The position numbers and the translations under genes were made by a program. The notes under the pieces were generated by a model. It did no database searches. It had not been told where the DNA came from and saw nothing but the letters and a program-made list of their open reading frames with translations. Source: Candidatus Enterousia sp. (lineage in GTDB: Bacteria > Pseudomonadota > Alphaproteobacteria > Rs-D84). From it: 64,000 nucleotides of DNA. This document shows positions 36,161 to 46,345 of the stretch, piece after piece (positions within the stretch are counted from its first letter, which is position 1; each line of letters starts with the position of its first letter). The stretch spans positions 64,001 through 128,000 of the forward strand of contig JAZLBQ010000004.1 in assembly GCA_045613785.1 (NCBI GenBank), given 5' to 3'.

Positions 36161-37804
36161 GTGATGAGACGCAAAAATTCAATCTTTTACTATTCTTTAT
36201 TGGCGGCATTAGTGCCGTCTGTTGCTGGTGCTGGAATTCGTGTTGGGAATTTGTCTCGCAATAATGCCCAGGGCTATCAACAGGTAAACGAGGCACGTTA
36301 TAACTCGGAACTTGCGACCCAGGCAGCGGTTGCTGCAATTCCTGCTGATTTGCCAACAACTGTTGCAAAGTCTGCGACAGATGACACGACTGTTGCATCC
36401 AAGGCACAGCGTTGTTCGATGATTTATCCCGAAGGTGAATTTGCCTGGGGTAAGCCTACGCTTGGGGCTGGTTCTGGCGGTGCGTCAACTTGCACGGCTG
36501 TTGTTGAATTGCGTGCGATTGGGGCTGGTGAAAATGGTAATGATGCAATCTTGGCACGTGCAAACCTGGCAGCAGGAGATAGTTTTAATTGCAATATTTC
36601 TGAATTTAACGAGGTGTCATTGTTGCCTGCTGCTGGCACGATTGAATTTCCGGCAGATCGTGAGCCAACGGTTGATGATGTTGTGTCTGTTCTGAATCAA
36701 GAGCAGCGTCAAAATGCAGGAATTAAAATTGCTGCAGGAACTGTGTTGTTTGGTTTAGCAGGAAACATTGCTGGTGAAAACGAGCCTGGCAAGGATGGAT
36801 TATTGGGCGGTGGTCGCTCTAAAACCCAGGGGACGATTATTGGTGCATTGGGTGGTGCGGCATTGATGGCAGGTAATGCTTATTCGGGCAAGGTTGCTGG
36901 CGATATGATACTGTCAACTGGTGTAAATGCTGCGGCTGGCGGATTAGTTGGGAATATTGTTGCCAGTGGTGATTCTGTTTTGCGTATTGAACCATGTCAG
37001 GTTGCGGGCTGGGATACAAAGTGCCTTTGGGGTGTTATCGAAGAAGTTTCGTCCATAGACGGCACTGCGTATGTTTCTGCGAATGATATCAATGACTTTC
37101 GTGTTTGCTCAGGCACTACATGTGGACGTGCGGATTTGACGTCTGCTGTGGTTGCGGAATATAACGGCAAAAAGCGTGCATCTGACGGCAAAAAAATGGA
37201 ATTGTCCGATATGCAGACTGAAAATTGGTCGTTGGTTCAAAGTATGTATTGTTATGATGCTGCCTACGGTATGGTTCAGGGGGCTAGTTGCACAGATGGT
37301 CCGTGGATAAAACTGGATTCTGCTCAGCGTGTGGCAAATCGCACGGCGGCAATGGTTGTTGATGTCCGGGACAAGGCCTTTGGTTGGCATAAAGATGAAT
37401 GGTCGGACTTTAAGGCTAGTCATAATGGTAATTTGATTGTTGGTCGTTCTGGTAATGGTATTGCAACGAATTTGAATCCACGGGATGTAATATCGGATGC
37501 GACTGATGATACCGAGATAAAATTGTCGGCTGTAAATTTCCGTCCTGTATATCAGGATTCTGATGATGGTGGTGTTATTGATTTGAATAACAAGGCACGC
37601 CTGAAAAGCACATTGACTGGTGCCGGTGTTGGTGGTGCTATGGGGGCATTTACTGGATATCAGGGTGCACAAAGTGATATTGATGAACGTTGGGTATCTG
37701 CTGTGCGTGAGTATAAGGATAGTTCGCAAAAGTTTTATTGTGCAACAGGTAAACGTTTCTTGTCGTATTACAATGATGTGGTTATGATTCCAAGTCTGGA
37801 TTAA
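36161..37804 (+). CDS. Exported hypothetical protein with glycine-zipper segments and Cys pairs
   Basis: Signal peptide; GTIIGALGGAALMAG, GAGVGGAMGAFTG; start may be 36164. Confidence 0.8.
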   Translation: MMRRKNSIFYYSLLAALVPSVAGAGIRVGNLSRNNAQGYQQVNEARYNSELATQAAVAAIPADLPTTVAKSATDDTTVASKAQRCSMIYPEGEFAWGKPTLGAGSGGASTCTAVVELRAIGAGENGNDAILARANLAAGDSFNCNISEFNEVSLLPAAGTIEFPADREPTVDDVVSVLNQEQRQNAGIKIAAGTVLFGLAGNIAGENEPGKDGLLGGGRSKTQGTIIGALGGAALMAGNAYSGKVAGDMILSTGVNAAAGGLVGNIVASGDSVLRIEPCQVAGWDTKCLWGVIEEVSSIDGTAYVSANDINDFRVCSGTTCGRADLTSAVVAEYNGKKRASDGKKMELSDMQTENWSLVQSMYCYDAAYGMVQGASCTDGPWIKLDSAQRVANRTAAMVVDVRDKAFGWHKDEWSDFKASHNGNLIVGRSGNGIATNLNPRDVISDATDDTEIKLSAVNFRPVYQDSDDGGVIDLNNKARLKSTLTGAGVGGAMGAFTGYQGAQSDIDERWVSAVREYKDSSQKFYCATGKRFLSYYNDVVMIPSLD

Positions 37805-37830
37805 AAAAATGCCCAAACGGGCATTTTTTT
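37803..37830. terminator. Bidirectional terminator
   Basis: A7-TGCCC-aaac-GGGCA-T7. Confidence 0.75.
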
Positions 37831-37836
37831 TTATTA

Positions 37837-39426
37837 TTAAACGAATTTTTCAGGAACCAGATTGCAAATGTTTTTCCAGATTCTGCGTAATATCCCAGTG
37901 TCTGGTGCGTGTTTGTAAACGCGTGGTTTTTCGTCGCCTGGTCGTTTGCCTGTCCATACTGGGTCGTTGTTTGCGTTTAGGCTGACCTGCCAAGATGTTT
38001 GTGTGTCTTTGATGATCATTTCACGCAGTTTGTTTGCAAAATCACGACTTTCAAAGATTGCTACGTTTTCGGTATTGTAATACGCGCTTCTTGGGTCCAG
38101 GTTGAAACTGCCAATCCAAGAAATGTCGTCGTCGAACACCATAGTTTTGCTGTGCAGGACAGAAAAACTGGATTGTTTACGCTCACGGTCATGTTCTTTG
38201 CCACGCAGATTTTCAGCAGAAACCATAAATTCATAAACGTCTGCACCTGATTCAATCAAGTGTTTTCTGTATTTTTCCCACTTTGCATATACGGTTGGTG
38301 CATTGGTTGAAGCCAATGAGTTTGTCACAATGGTCAAATGAACGCCTGATTTTTCTTCGTTTAACATATGTTCCAATCCACCTTGTCCTGGAACAAAATA
38401 AGCAGCGGACATATAGACTGATTTGTTTGTTCTGTCCCACAGGTGTTGTAATGCACGAACAATTTCGCCACGATATTGTTCTTTTTCTTCCATAGACATT
38501 TCGACTTTTTGTGGTGGGTCAGCCAAGAATTTTCCATGTCCCCAACTAAAATCAAGTCTTTTTTGCTTAAAATCACGTTGTGCTAGTGAAATAATAGTAT
38601 TGTATCTGCGAACATCTTCGGCACTTCGTTTTTCGATATCTTCGAATGTTCGTTCCAGTTTACGCATTGCCTTTTTAGATTTTGCCTTTGGGAAAACGGC
38701 GGCGGGTATTGACAGGTGATGATTCCAGTATTCGTTAAAACTGTCGGTGGCATAGTGTGTCATGTCTCCGATAAACAGCACGTCGGTATCAGAAAAGTTT
38801 GATGCTGTTTCTGGATAGAAATAGTTGCTGCCAACGTTTCGTCCACCTGTGATATATGCGATATTGTCAACGATGAACAGTTTGTTGTGCATGCGTGAGT
38901 TTAATCGATTAAAGTCTGTTAAGAATTGAGGGTAATATAATAATCTAGAACGGTTTCGAACAGTATTAAAAACTTTAACTTCTATATTAGGGTGTTGGTT
39001 TAGCAGCATAACATCGACGATGTCTGACTTTGTTCCATAGTCATCAACCAGTATTCGAACCTTGACGCCACGGTCTGCGGCGTTTTTTAGTTCGCCAATC
39101 AGAACTTTTGAAGAAAAGTCGTTACTGTAAATGTATGTCTGTAAATCAATTGTCTTAGTCGCCATTCTGGCAAACGCTGAACGTATTACAAATGCAGACA
39201 ATCCGTCTTCGATAAGTGTTGCACCAGATATGTCGGGGCTTTGGCTAAGTTCATCGTCATAGCACATTGCGATTGGAGTTTTGTATGGGTCATAGTCAAA
39301 GTCAGATGACGTAATTTTTGCCTGATAGTTATCCAGTCTTGCGTCATTTGTTGTTGTTGGGACGGTTGTGCATCCCATCAAGGGTAGAGCTAAAATCCAC
39401 ATCGAAACTTTTTTAAGAATGTTCAA
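37837..39426 (-). CDS. Phospholipase D-family lipoprotein, cardiolipin synthase ClsC-like
   Basis: Two HKD motifs (RMHNKLFIVD, LHSKTMVFDD), GGRN, GSFNLDPRS; lipobox LMGC; start placed at TTG 39426 after AAGGA. Confidence 0.9.
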   Translation of the reverse strand: MNILKKVSMWILALPLMGCTTVPTTTNDARLDNYQAKITSSDFDYDPYKTPIAMCYDDELSQSPDISGATLIEDGLSAFVIRSAFARMATKTIDLQTYIYSNDFSSKVLIGELKNAADRGVKVRILVDDYGTKSDIVDVMLLNQHPNIEVKVFNTVRNRSRLLYYPQFLTDFNRLNSRMHNKLFIVDNIAYITGGRNVGSNYFYPETASNFSDTDVLFIGDMTHYATDSFNEYWNHHLSIPAAVFPKAKSKKAMRKLERTFEDIEKRSAEDVRRYNTIISLAQRDFKQKRLDFSWGHGKFLADPPQKVEMSMEEKEQYRGEIVRALQHLWDRTNKSVYMSAAYFVPGQGGLEHMLNEEKSGVHLTIVTNSLASTNAPTVYAKWEKYRKHLIESGADVYEFMVSAENLRGKEHDRERKQSSFSVLHSKTMVFDDDISWIGSFNLDPRSAYYNTENVAIFESRDFANKLREMIIKDTQTSWQVSLNANNDPVWTGKRPGDEKPRVYKHAPDTGILRRIWKNICNLVPEKFV

Positions 39427-39518
39427 CGCTAGTTTCCTTTGCCTAAAAATAATACAGTTGCGATTATAGTTAAATAAAAACGTTCCTGCAAGTAAATTCA
39501 TTATATTTTTTAATGATT

Positions 39519-39534
39519 TAGGAACGTGTTCTTA
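39519..39534. promoter_or_regulatory. Candidate palindromic operator TAGGAACGTGTTCTTA
   Basis: Near-perfect palindrome in a divergent intergenic region; related weaker copy at 39473-39488. Confidence 0.45.
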
Positions 39535-39606
39535 GTATTTGTGATTTTTGTGTTAATTTTTATTTTCTGTTATGGTAAAATAATAAAATAGGAAGGGTTG
39601 TTTTTT

Positions 39607-41901
39607 ATGAAAAGATTTGTTGCAGTTCTTAGTGGTCTTTTATTTTTGCCAGCATATGCCCAGGCTGTGCCTGTTTATAGCGAGGCTGATGTCGATACGT
39701 TGGTTGGTGATTTGCCTGGTAAAAACGAAGTAGAGGTTGATGATATTGATGCTGCTGCATTTGTAGTTCCTGTGGCACAGGCGTCTTCTCGTAATCCACG
39801 TGCAAGTGCTGCGTCTGCATCACGTGCTGTTCCTGCTGGGGCGGGGACGACGCCTAATACACGTTCTGCTTCGACACGTGCGACAATTGGTTCCAGAAAT
39901 GTTTCAAGTTCTACGATTGCACGCAGTGCGGCTGCGAATTCGATTGCTCGTTCGACTGGTCGTTCTGTTGTTTCTACTGCGGGGCGTAATGCATCACGGG
40001 TGGCACGCAATTCAACAGTCCCTGTTGCTCAGTCTGTTACAGAGCGTCGTTCAGGTGTATCTGTAAATTCTGCTACGAATACTGCACGTTCGGTCAGTGC
40101 ACGTGTTCCGACGATTGCCACAACGGTCGGGACTTCTTCTGCAACCACTAAATCAGAGCCTGTAGCTGTTGCGGATGTTGTGTCAAAAATGGACGAAGTT
40201 GCGAACTTGACTGCAACATGCAAGACACAATATACAGAATGTATGGATAATTTCTGCAATGTTCTGGATGATAACCAGGGGCGTTGCTCTTGCTCAAAAA
40301 ATATCAAGAACTACGAGAAAACAGAAAATGCCTTAAAAGAAGCGACCGAGGCATTAAAGGATATTGCACAGCAGATTCAGTATATTGGTCTGACAGGTGA
40401 AGAGATTGAGATTTTGTTTTCCCAGACCGAGGCTGAAGCACAAATGCAGCAAACAAATGACAGTTCTCGTCTGAAAAACGACTTGGATAAAATTAAAAAA
40501 CTGTTGGTTGAAGTCAAGGGGTCAACAGCCTCATCGTCTGAGGTGAATATAAGTTTTGACTTGTCTGGTTTGCTAGATTTTAGTGTGGATAGCAGTGGGT
40601 TTGATTTGGCGTCGTTGTTTGGTAGCACGTCTGCGAATACGTCCAGTATCAGCAATCAGCGTGGTGAACAGTTGTATAAGACTGCTGCGGCTCGTTGTAA
40701 AAAGGCGGTTTTAGAAGAATGTGATACTATGGGTGTTGATGTATCTGTTATATCTAATGCCTATGACATGGAAATTGATAAGCAGTGTGTTGCGTATGAG
40801 CGTCGATTGACTGACACGAACGAAGAAATGGTTCAGACAGTTCGTAATGCGAAAAATGTGTTGCAACGTGCTCGTTTGATGGTTGCTCAGAATAAAAATA
40901 CATATGATTTACGTGGTTGTGTAAACGCACTTGATTCTTGTATGCAGGATGACTTTGTTTGTGGTTCTGATTATGAGTATTGCCTGGATCCGACGGGTAA
41001 GTATATTGTGAACGGTGAAATTGTTGTTGGGTCGATGCCAGGTTATGTTATCGATGCTAACCAAACGCCGGCACCATCGACTGATTATCCTAAGGAAACT
41101 CTGTATGGCACATGGTATTATGATGAAAATGTCTATGCCTGGGGGATGTCTGGTAATATATCAGACTATATAGATAAAAACAACACTTCTTCGGCTGTGA
41201 CCAAGACTGATGCAAATATGGCGAAATATCTGCAATATAAAATTGGGTATAATGATGGCGGCAAGAATTATGGAATGTGTATGTCTGTCTTGAACAAGTG
41301 TCAAGATATCACATACAGTAATGGTAAATATCAACCAGATAACCAAGTTGTTCGTGAATACCTGCGTCGCACATTGGTTCAGATAAAGGCCAGTCAAGAT
41401 GCAGTTTTGCGTGATTATGCATCAAGCTGCATAGCTGATGTTTCAACTTGTTTGTCGTCAAATAATTACGAAGCCGGCAATACAACTAAAAGCAATATCG
41501 CAATCAATGCATGTCGTGCGGAAATTGTAACGTGTATGTCTGTAAATGGTGATACGACCAAGACCCCAACCCCAAGTAGTATGAAACAATGGGTTGATGC
41601 AATCAATTCAGTTTCATCAGGCGATTCTGGCACAACGAGTTCTCCTGTTCCTGTTGGTTGCTCTCAAGAATATTTTTATTATAATGGTTCGACCTGTGTT
41701 TCGTGCAAGAATGGAACATGGGACGACGTGCAAAAAGGATGTAAATGTACCACATATTATAATGGGGCGATAACAGAGTATACGGTGGGCGGTGGGTGCT
41801 CATGCACAGGTGATACCCGTGAAGAAGCTGATTATTGCACGGGTGAAATATATGGTTATCACCTGTTTACATCTGGTGGTAGTTATCAACCTGATAAATA
41901 A
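39607..41901 (+). CDS. Exported Cys-rich hypothetical protein, paralog 1
   Basis: Signal peptide, S/A/R/T-rich low-complexity region, 26 Cys; start ATG 39607 matches paralog 2 start. Confidence 0.88.
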   Translation: MKRFVAVLSGLLFLPAYAQAVPVYSEADVDTLVGDLPGKNEVEVDDIDAAAFVVPVAQASSRNPRASAASASRAVPAGAGTTPNTRSASTRATIGSRNVSSSTIARSAAANSIARSTGRSVVSTAGRNASRVARNSTVPVAQSVTERRSGVSVNSATNTARSVSARVPTIATTVGTSSATTKSEPVAVADVVSKMDEVANLTATCKTQYTECMDNFCNVLDDNQGRCSCSKNIKNYEKTENALKEATEALKDIAQQIQYIGLTGEEIEILFSQTEAEAQMQQTNDSSRLKNDLDKIKKLLVEVKGSTASSSEVNISFDLSGLLDFSVDSSGFDLASLFGSTSANTSSISNQRGEQLYKTAAARCKKAVLEECDTMGVDVSVISNAYDMEIDKQCVAYERRLTDTNEEMVQTVRNAKNVLQRARLMVAQNKNTYDLRGCVNALDSCMQDDFVCGSDYEYCLDPTGKYIVNGEIVVGSMPGYVIDANQTPAPSTDYPKETLYGTWYYDENVYAWGMSGNISDYIDKNNTSSAVTKTDANMAKYLQYKIGYNDGGKNYGMCMSVLNKCQDITYSNGKYQPDNQVVREYLRRTLVQIKASQDAVLRDYASSCIADVSTCLSSNNYEAGNTTKSNIAINACRAEIVTCMSVNGDTTKTPTPSSMKQWVDAINSVSSGDSGTTSSPVPVGCSQEYFYYNGSTCVSCKNGTWDDVQKGCKCTTYYNGAITEYTVGGGCSCTGDTREEADYCTGEIYGYHLFTSGGSYQPDK

Positions 41902-41999
41902 ACCTCTTATCATCATTTGTCCTAAAACTCAATTTTTTCAATTGCGTTGCATTGCGTAATGTGATAAAATGAAACATAATTAGAGGGAAGGATTAAGCC

Positions 42000-44204
42000 G
42001 TGAAAAGATTTTTAGCTGTCTTAAGTGGGTTACTTGTATTGCCTGCATATGCCGAAATTGCACCTGTTTATTATGAAATAGACAGTGATTATGAATCGGT
42101 CGATGTCGCTGGTGACAGTGAACAGGATGTTGATGAAATTGATGTCGCTGCTGTTGCTGTGCCGGTTTCTCAGACAACTGCTCGTGCGTTGCGTGCATCA
42201 AATGCGGCGTCGTCACGTGCAATGCCAACAGGTGCCAGGGCGGTAAATTCTCGTTCTGCAGCGACCCGTGCAACGACTTCTCGTAATGTTTCGAATTCAA
42301 ATGTGGCACGCACTGCTACAAATACGGCAATGGCACGTTCTGGTGCATCACGTGTTGCGTCTCGTTCAATGGCACGTTCTGGTGCGACACAGATTGCCAC
42401 AACACGTCAGGCAATGCAGAATAATGGAACAACTGCACGTGCAGCGATTGTTCAAACTGATACGGTTCGCACCCCATTATATACCGGTCGGGTCAGTTCA
42501 CGTGCCAGTGCTGTTCGTGCACGTATCCCAACAATTACATCTGTTTCTGGTAACGTTTCAACAACAACTGGCGGCACGGTTGATGCAGCTACAGCTGCGG
42601 CTGAAATGGACGAATTGGCACAGTTGACTGATTTCTGCAAGGCACAATACACAGATTGTATGGATAACTTCTGTAATGTTCTGGACGATAACCAGGGGCG
42701 TTGTTCTTGTTCAAAGAATATCAAAAATTATGAAAAGACAGAAACTGCGTTAAAAGAAGCGACCGAAGCATTAAAAGACGTCGCGCAACAAATTCAGTAT
42801 ATTGGTCTGACCAGTGATGAAATTGAAACATTGTTTACTCAGACAGAAGCTGAACTTGAAATGCAACAAACAACAGACAGTTCACGTCTGAAAAACGATT
42901 TGGATAAAATTAAAAAGCTGTTGGTTGATGTAAAAGGTTCGGCTGCATCTTCGTCCGAAGTGGATATGAGTTTTGATTTGTCTGGTCTATTGGACTTCAG
43001 TGTGAACAGCACGGGCTTTGATTTGACATCATTATTTGGTGGCACAACAACAAATACATCCAGTATCAGTAACCAACGTGGTGAACAGTTGTATAAAACA
43101 GCAGCCTCACGTTGCAAAAAGGCAGTTTTGGAAAATTGTCAGAACCAAGGCGTTGATATTTCAATTATCTCAAACGCATATGACCTGGAAATCGACAAGC
43201 AGTGTGTGGCATATGAACGTCAGTTGACAGATACTAACGAAGAAATGTCGCAAACTGTCCGCAATGCTAAGGGGGTTTTGCAGCGTGCACGTTTGATGGT
43301 TGCCCAGAACAAGAATTCGTATGACTTGCGTGGCTGTGTAAATGCACTGGATTCATGTATGCAGGACGATTTTGTCTGCGGAACAGATTATGAATACTGT
43401 CTGGATCCAACCGGCAAGTATATCGTAAACGGCGAAGTTGTTGTTGGGTCAACGCCTGGCTTTATGGTCAAAAAGGACGAGGGATCTTCTGCAGTATTCC
43501 CAGATGAATCTGATAAGGACGCTAAGGGTAAAAATACCCTGTTGGCTGGCTGGTATTATGGCGAAAAATATGCTTGGGCTGATACAAGTGCTAATGGTGA
43601 TTTGATGGGGTATATTGAAAACTATACCAAAACATCAGCTGTAGAAAAGCCAACGTCTGTATATGCTGAATATCTGCAATATAAAATTGGATATAACGAC
43701 GGAACAAAAAATCACGGTATGTGTATGTCTGTTCTGAACAAATGTCAAGACCTTTCCTATGAAAAGGGAAAGTATAAGCCTAATAATAATGTAGTTAAGG
43801 AATATTTGACCCGGACACTGACCCAAATTAAGGCGGCTCAGGACGAAATATTGGCAGAATATGCATCAAATTGTTTGTCTGACGTGTCATCGTGTTTGTC
43901 ATCAAATAACTATGTTGCAGAAAACACGACCAAAGCAAACATTGCAATCAATGCGTGTCGTTCTGAAATTGTCACGTGTATGTCTGTAAATGGTAATGCA
44001 GCGGCTACTCCAAATCCGGAAGAAATGAAGAATTGGGTTGCGGGAATGGTTGGTTGCACCAAGGAAGGCTTTGAATGGGATTCAAGTAATAAGAAATGTG
44101 TGTCCTGTGTTGGTGGCAGCTGGGATGCAACTGATAACACGTGTGATTGCCCATCCGGTGCTTCTTATGATGTAGTCAATGGGTGCGTAAAAGCAGCAAG
44201 CTAA
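42000..44204 (+). CDS. Exported Cys-rich hypothetical protein, paralog 2
   Basis: Long blocks identical to paralog 1 (CMDNFCNVLDDNQGRCSCSKNIKNYEKTE; CVNALDSCMQDDFVCG); 24 Cys. Confidence 0.88.
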   Translation: MKRFLAVLSGLLVLPAYAEIAPVYYEIDSDYESVDVAGDSEQDVDEIDVAAVAVPVSQTTARALRASNAASSRAMPTGARAVNSRSAATRATTSRNVSNSNVARTATNTAMARSGASRVASRSMARSGATQIATTRQAMQNNGTTARAAIVQTDTVRTPLYTGRVSSRASAVRARIPTITSVSGNVSTTTGGTVDAATAAAEMDELAQLTDFCKAQYTDCMDNFCNVLDDNQGRCSCSKNIKNYEKTETALKEATEALKDVAQQIQYIGLTSDEIETLFTQTEAELEMQQTTDSSRLKNDLDKIKKLLVDVKGSAASSSEVDMSFDLSGLLDFSVNSTGFDLTSLFGGTTTNTSSISNQRGEQLYKTAASRCKKAVLENCQNQGVDISIISNAYDLEIDKQCVAYERQLTDTNEEMSQTVRNAKGVLQRARLMVAQNKNSYDLRGCVNALDSCMQDDFVCGTDYEYCLDPTGKYIVNGEVVVGSTPGFMVKKDEGSSAVFPDESDKDAKGKNTLLAGWYYGEKYAWADTSANGDLMGYIENYTKTSAVEKPTSVYAEYLQYKIGYNDGTKNHGMCMSVLNKCQDLSYEKGKYKPNNNVVKEYLTRTLTQIKAAQDEILAEYASNCLSDVSSCLSSNNYVAENTTKANIAINACRSEIVTCMSVNGNAAATPNPEEMKNWVAGMVGCTKEGFEWDSSNKKCVSCVGGSWDATDNTCDCPSGASYDVVNGCVKAAS

Positions 44205-44223
44205 ATAAAGTCGTTTAAAGGCT

Positions 44224-44259
44224 AAATTAAATCCCCTGCAATCGCAGGGGATTTAATTT
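44224..44259 (+). terminator. Long hairpin terminator after the Cys-rich pair
   Basis: 16-bp perfect stem AAATTAAATCCCCTGC/GCAGGGGATTTAATTT. Confidence 0.75.
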
Positions 44260-44332
44260 GGTATGTCATTTGTAAAATCAGAAACGGTAAATTATTCTGT
44301 TTTGTTCTTGCTAAATCCAGCAATAGGATAAC

Positions 44333-44357
44333 AAAAAAACGCCCAAATGGGCGTTTT
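44333..44357 (-). terminator. Terminator after the M13 peptidase
   Basis: AAAACGCCC-aaat-GGGCGTTTT. Confidence 0.7.
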
Positions 44358-44361
44358 GTGT

Positions 44362-46344
44362 TTACCACAGTTTTACACGTTCTCCAGGTAATACATACAA
44401 CCCATCGCCTGATTTTATGTCAAATACACTATACCATGCGTTGATGTGTGGCAGTATTCCGTTTACACGATTTTTGCCCAAAGAATGCTCGTCAACCTTG
44501 GTCAGGCGTAATTCTTCGTCTGGGCGAATGTTCTGTGCCCACGCCCCTGCGTATGCGATAAAGAAGCGTCTGTCTGCACTGATGCTTTCTGCATCACCAG
44601 ATGGTGTGCCAAAGTTTTTATATGCGTCAAATGCAATTGTTACGCCACCATAGTCTGCCAGATTTTCGCCCAGTGTAAATTCGCCATTTGCAAAGACTTC
44701 GTCGTTTATTTTGATTTTATCGAAATATTCCTTCATTGTGCTGGCACGTTCATTGAATTTTTCTGCATCTTCGCTGGTCCACCAGTCTTTCATATTGCCA
44801 TCTTTGTCAAAGTGGCGACCAGAATCATCGAATCCATGGGTCATTTCATGACCAATAACAGCACCGATAGCACCATAGTTAAATGCGTCATCTGCCTCCA
44901 TATCAAAGAACGGATATTGCAAGATTCCTGCAGGGAAACAGATTTCGTTTGTTGAAGGGTCGTAGTATGCGTTGACTTCGTGTGCATTCATATACCAGAT
45001 TGTAGGGTCTTTTTCCTGGCCTATTTTTTCAATCCAGAATGCGTCTTCAAATTCTGAAACACGCATCATATTTTCCCACAACGAATCATTTTTGATTTCC
45101 AGTTTTGAATAATCACGCCATTTATCTGGATATCCAATTTTTGCTGTAAATCCTGCCAGTTTTTCCAGTGCTTTTACTTTAGTTTTATCCGACATCCATT
45201 CCAGTTTTTCGATACGCATTGCGTATGCACGTTGCAGGTTTTTTACCAATGTCTGCATGCGTTCTTTGGCGTCTGAAGAAAAGTATTTTTCAACATACAG
45301 GCGGCCAATTTCTTCGCCCAGCGAACCGTCCAACATTGCGACTGCACGTTTCCAACGTGGCTTTTGTTCTTTTTGTCCAGCCATTGTTCGGTTATAGAAA
45401 TCAAAAGATATGTCATATGTCTTGTCGTCCAAGACAGTGTCTGCTGCACTGACAATTCTGTATTTTAAATACGTTTTAACCAATTCGAAATCGGTGTCGT
45501 TCATAATTGCGATTGATTCTGCAATCGCTTCAGGTTGTGCGATGTTGATAAATTTCGCTGCCTTTGCACCACGTGTGTCCAAGAAAGTGTCCCAATCAAA
45601 TCCCGGAAATTTTTCTTTTATTTGTTCAATGCTCATCTTGTGATAGTTTGCATGAGGATCACGTAATTTTTCTTTGGGATAGAACGATTTTGCCATTCTT
45701 TCTTCCATTGCATACAACTTATCGACATCAACTTCTATGCCAAAGTTCTTCATCTGCTTTTCGATAAATTCACGGTATTTTTTGCGAACTTCAACTGTTT
45801 TAGCGTCTGTGTCAAAATAATAATCACGGGACAACCCCAGACCGCCCTGACCAATATTATACAGATAGTGTTCGCTGTCCATTTCGTCCAGTGCAACACC
45901 GTCGCCCCAAAAAGCAGACGTAAACTTGTGCATTTGCCCCAGGTATTTTTCTAGGTCTTTGCGTTCCAGTTTGTCGATTTGGGCAAACAGTGGCGACACA
46001 GGTTGAATGCCGTCTTGATTTAATTTCTTTTCGTTCATTGCAATGCTATACAACTGGCCAATTTTGCCATTATCGTTTTCTGCGATTTCACGTGTGCGTT
46101 CCAGATTGGTGTTGCGTAATACTTCAAAAGCACCGTATCTTGAATAGTCGTCTGGGATTGGATTGTGTTTCTGCCAACCTGCGTTTGCGTATGCATAGAA
46201 ATCGTCGCCTGGTTTGACTGACATATCCATATTTTCGATTTTGATACCTGCACTCACCACTTTCTCCTTTGTTGCATTGTGTGCCCAAACGATTGCAGTC
46301 AACACCGCAACCACGCCTATAAAGTTCCAAAATTTACTTTCCAT
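44362..46344 (-). CDS. M13-family metalloendopeptidase (PepO/neprilysin-like)
   Basis: PGDDFYAYAN, VNAYY, GHEMTHGFDD (HExxH), GENLAD; N-terminal hydrophobic anchor. Confidence 0.96.
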   Translation of the reverse strand: MESKFWNFIGVVAVLTAIVWAHNATKEKVVSAGIKIENMDMSVKPGDDFYAYANAGWQKHNPIPDDYSRYGAFEVLRNTNLERTREIAENDNGKIGQLYSIAMNEKKLNQDGIQPVSPLFAQIDKLERKDLEKYLGQMHKFTSAFWGDGVALDEMDSEHYLYNIGQGGLGLSRDYYFDTDAKTVEVRKKYREFIEKQMKNFGIEVDVDKLYAMEERMAKSFYPKEKLRDPHANYHKMSIEQIKEKFPGFDWDTFLDTRGAKAAKFINIAQPEAIAESIAIMNDTDFELVKTYLKYRIVSAADTVLDDKTYDISFDFYNRTMAGQKEQKPRWKRAVAMLDGSLGEEIGRLYVEKYFSSDAKERMQTLVKNLQRAYAMRIEKLEWMSDKTKVKALEKLAGFTAKIGYPDKWRDYSKLEIKNDSLWENMMRVSEFEDAFWIEKIGQEKDPTIWYMNAHEVNAYYDPSTNEICFPAGILQYPFFDMEADDAFNYGAIGAVIGHEMTHGFDDSGRHFDKDGNMKDWWTSEDAEKFNERASTMKEYFDKIKINDEVFANGEFTLGENLADYGGVTIAFDAYKNFGTPSGDAESISADRRFFIAYAGAWAQNIRPDEELRLTKVDEHSLGKNRVNGILPHINAWYSVFDIKSGDGLYVLPGERVKLW

Positions 46345-46345
46345 T

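Noticed and set aside
37109-37816. 235-aa minus-strand ORF
   Set aside because: Antisense shadow of the 36161-37804 gene; composition is not protein-like
39607-44204. Assembly artefact or CRISPR-like repeat explaining the duplicated blocks
   Set aside because: The copies differ at many synonymous sites and have distinct inserts and tails; no regularly spaced repeat-spacer array anywhere in the window
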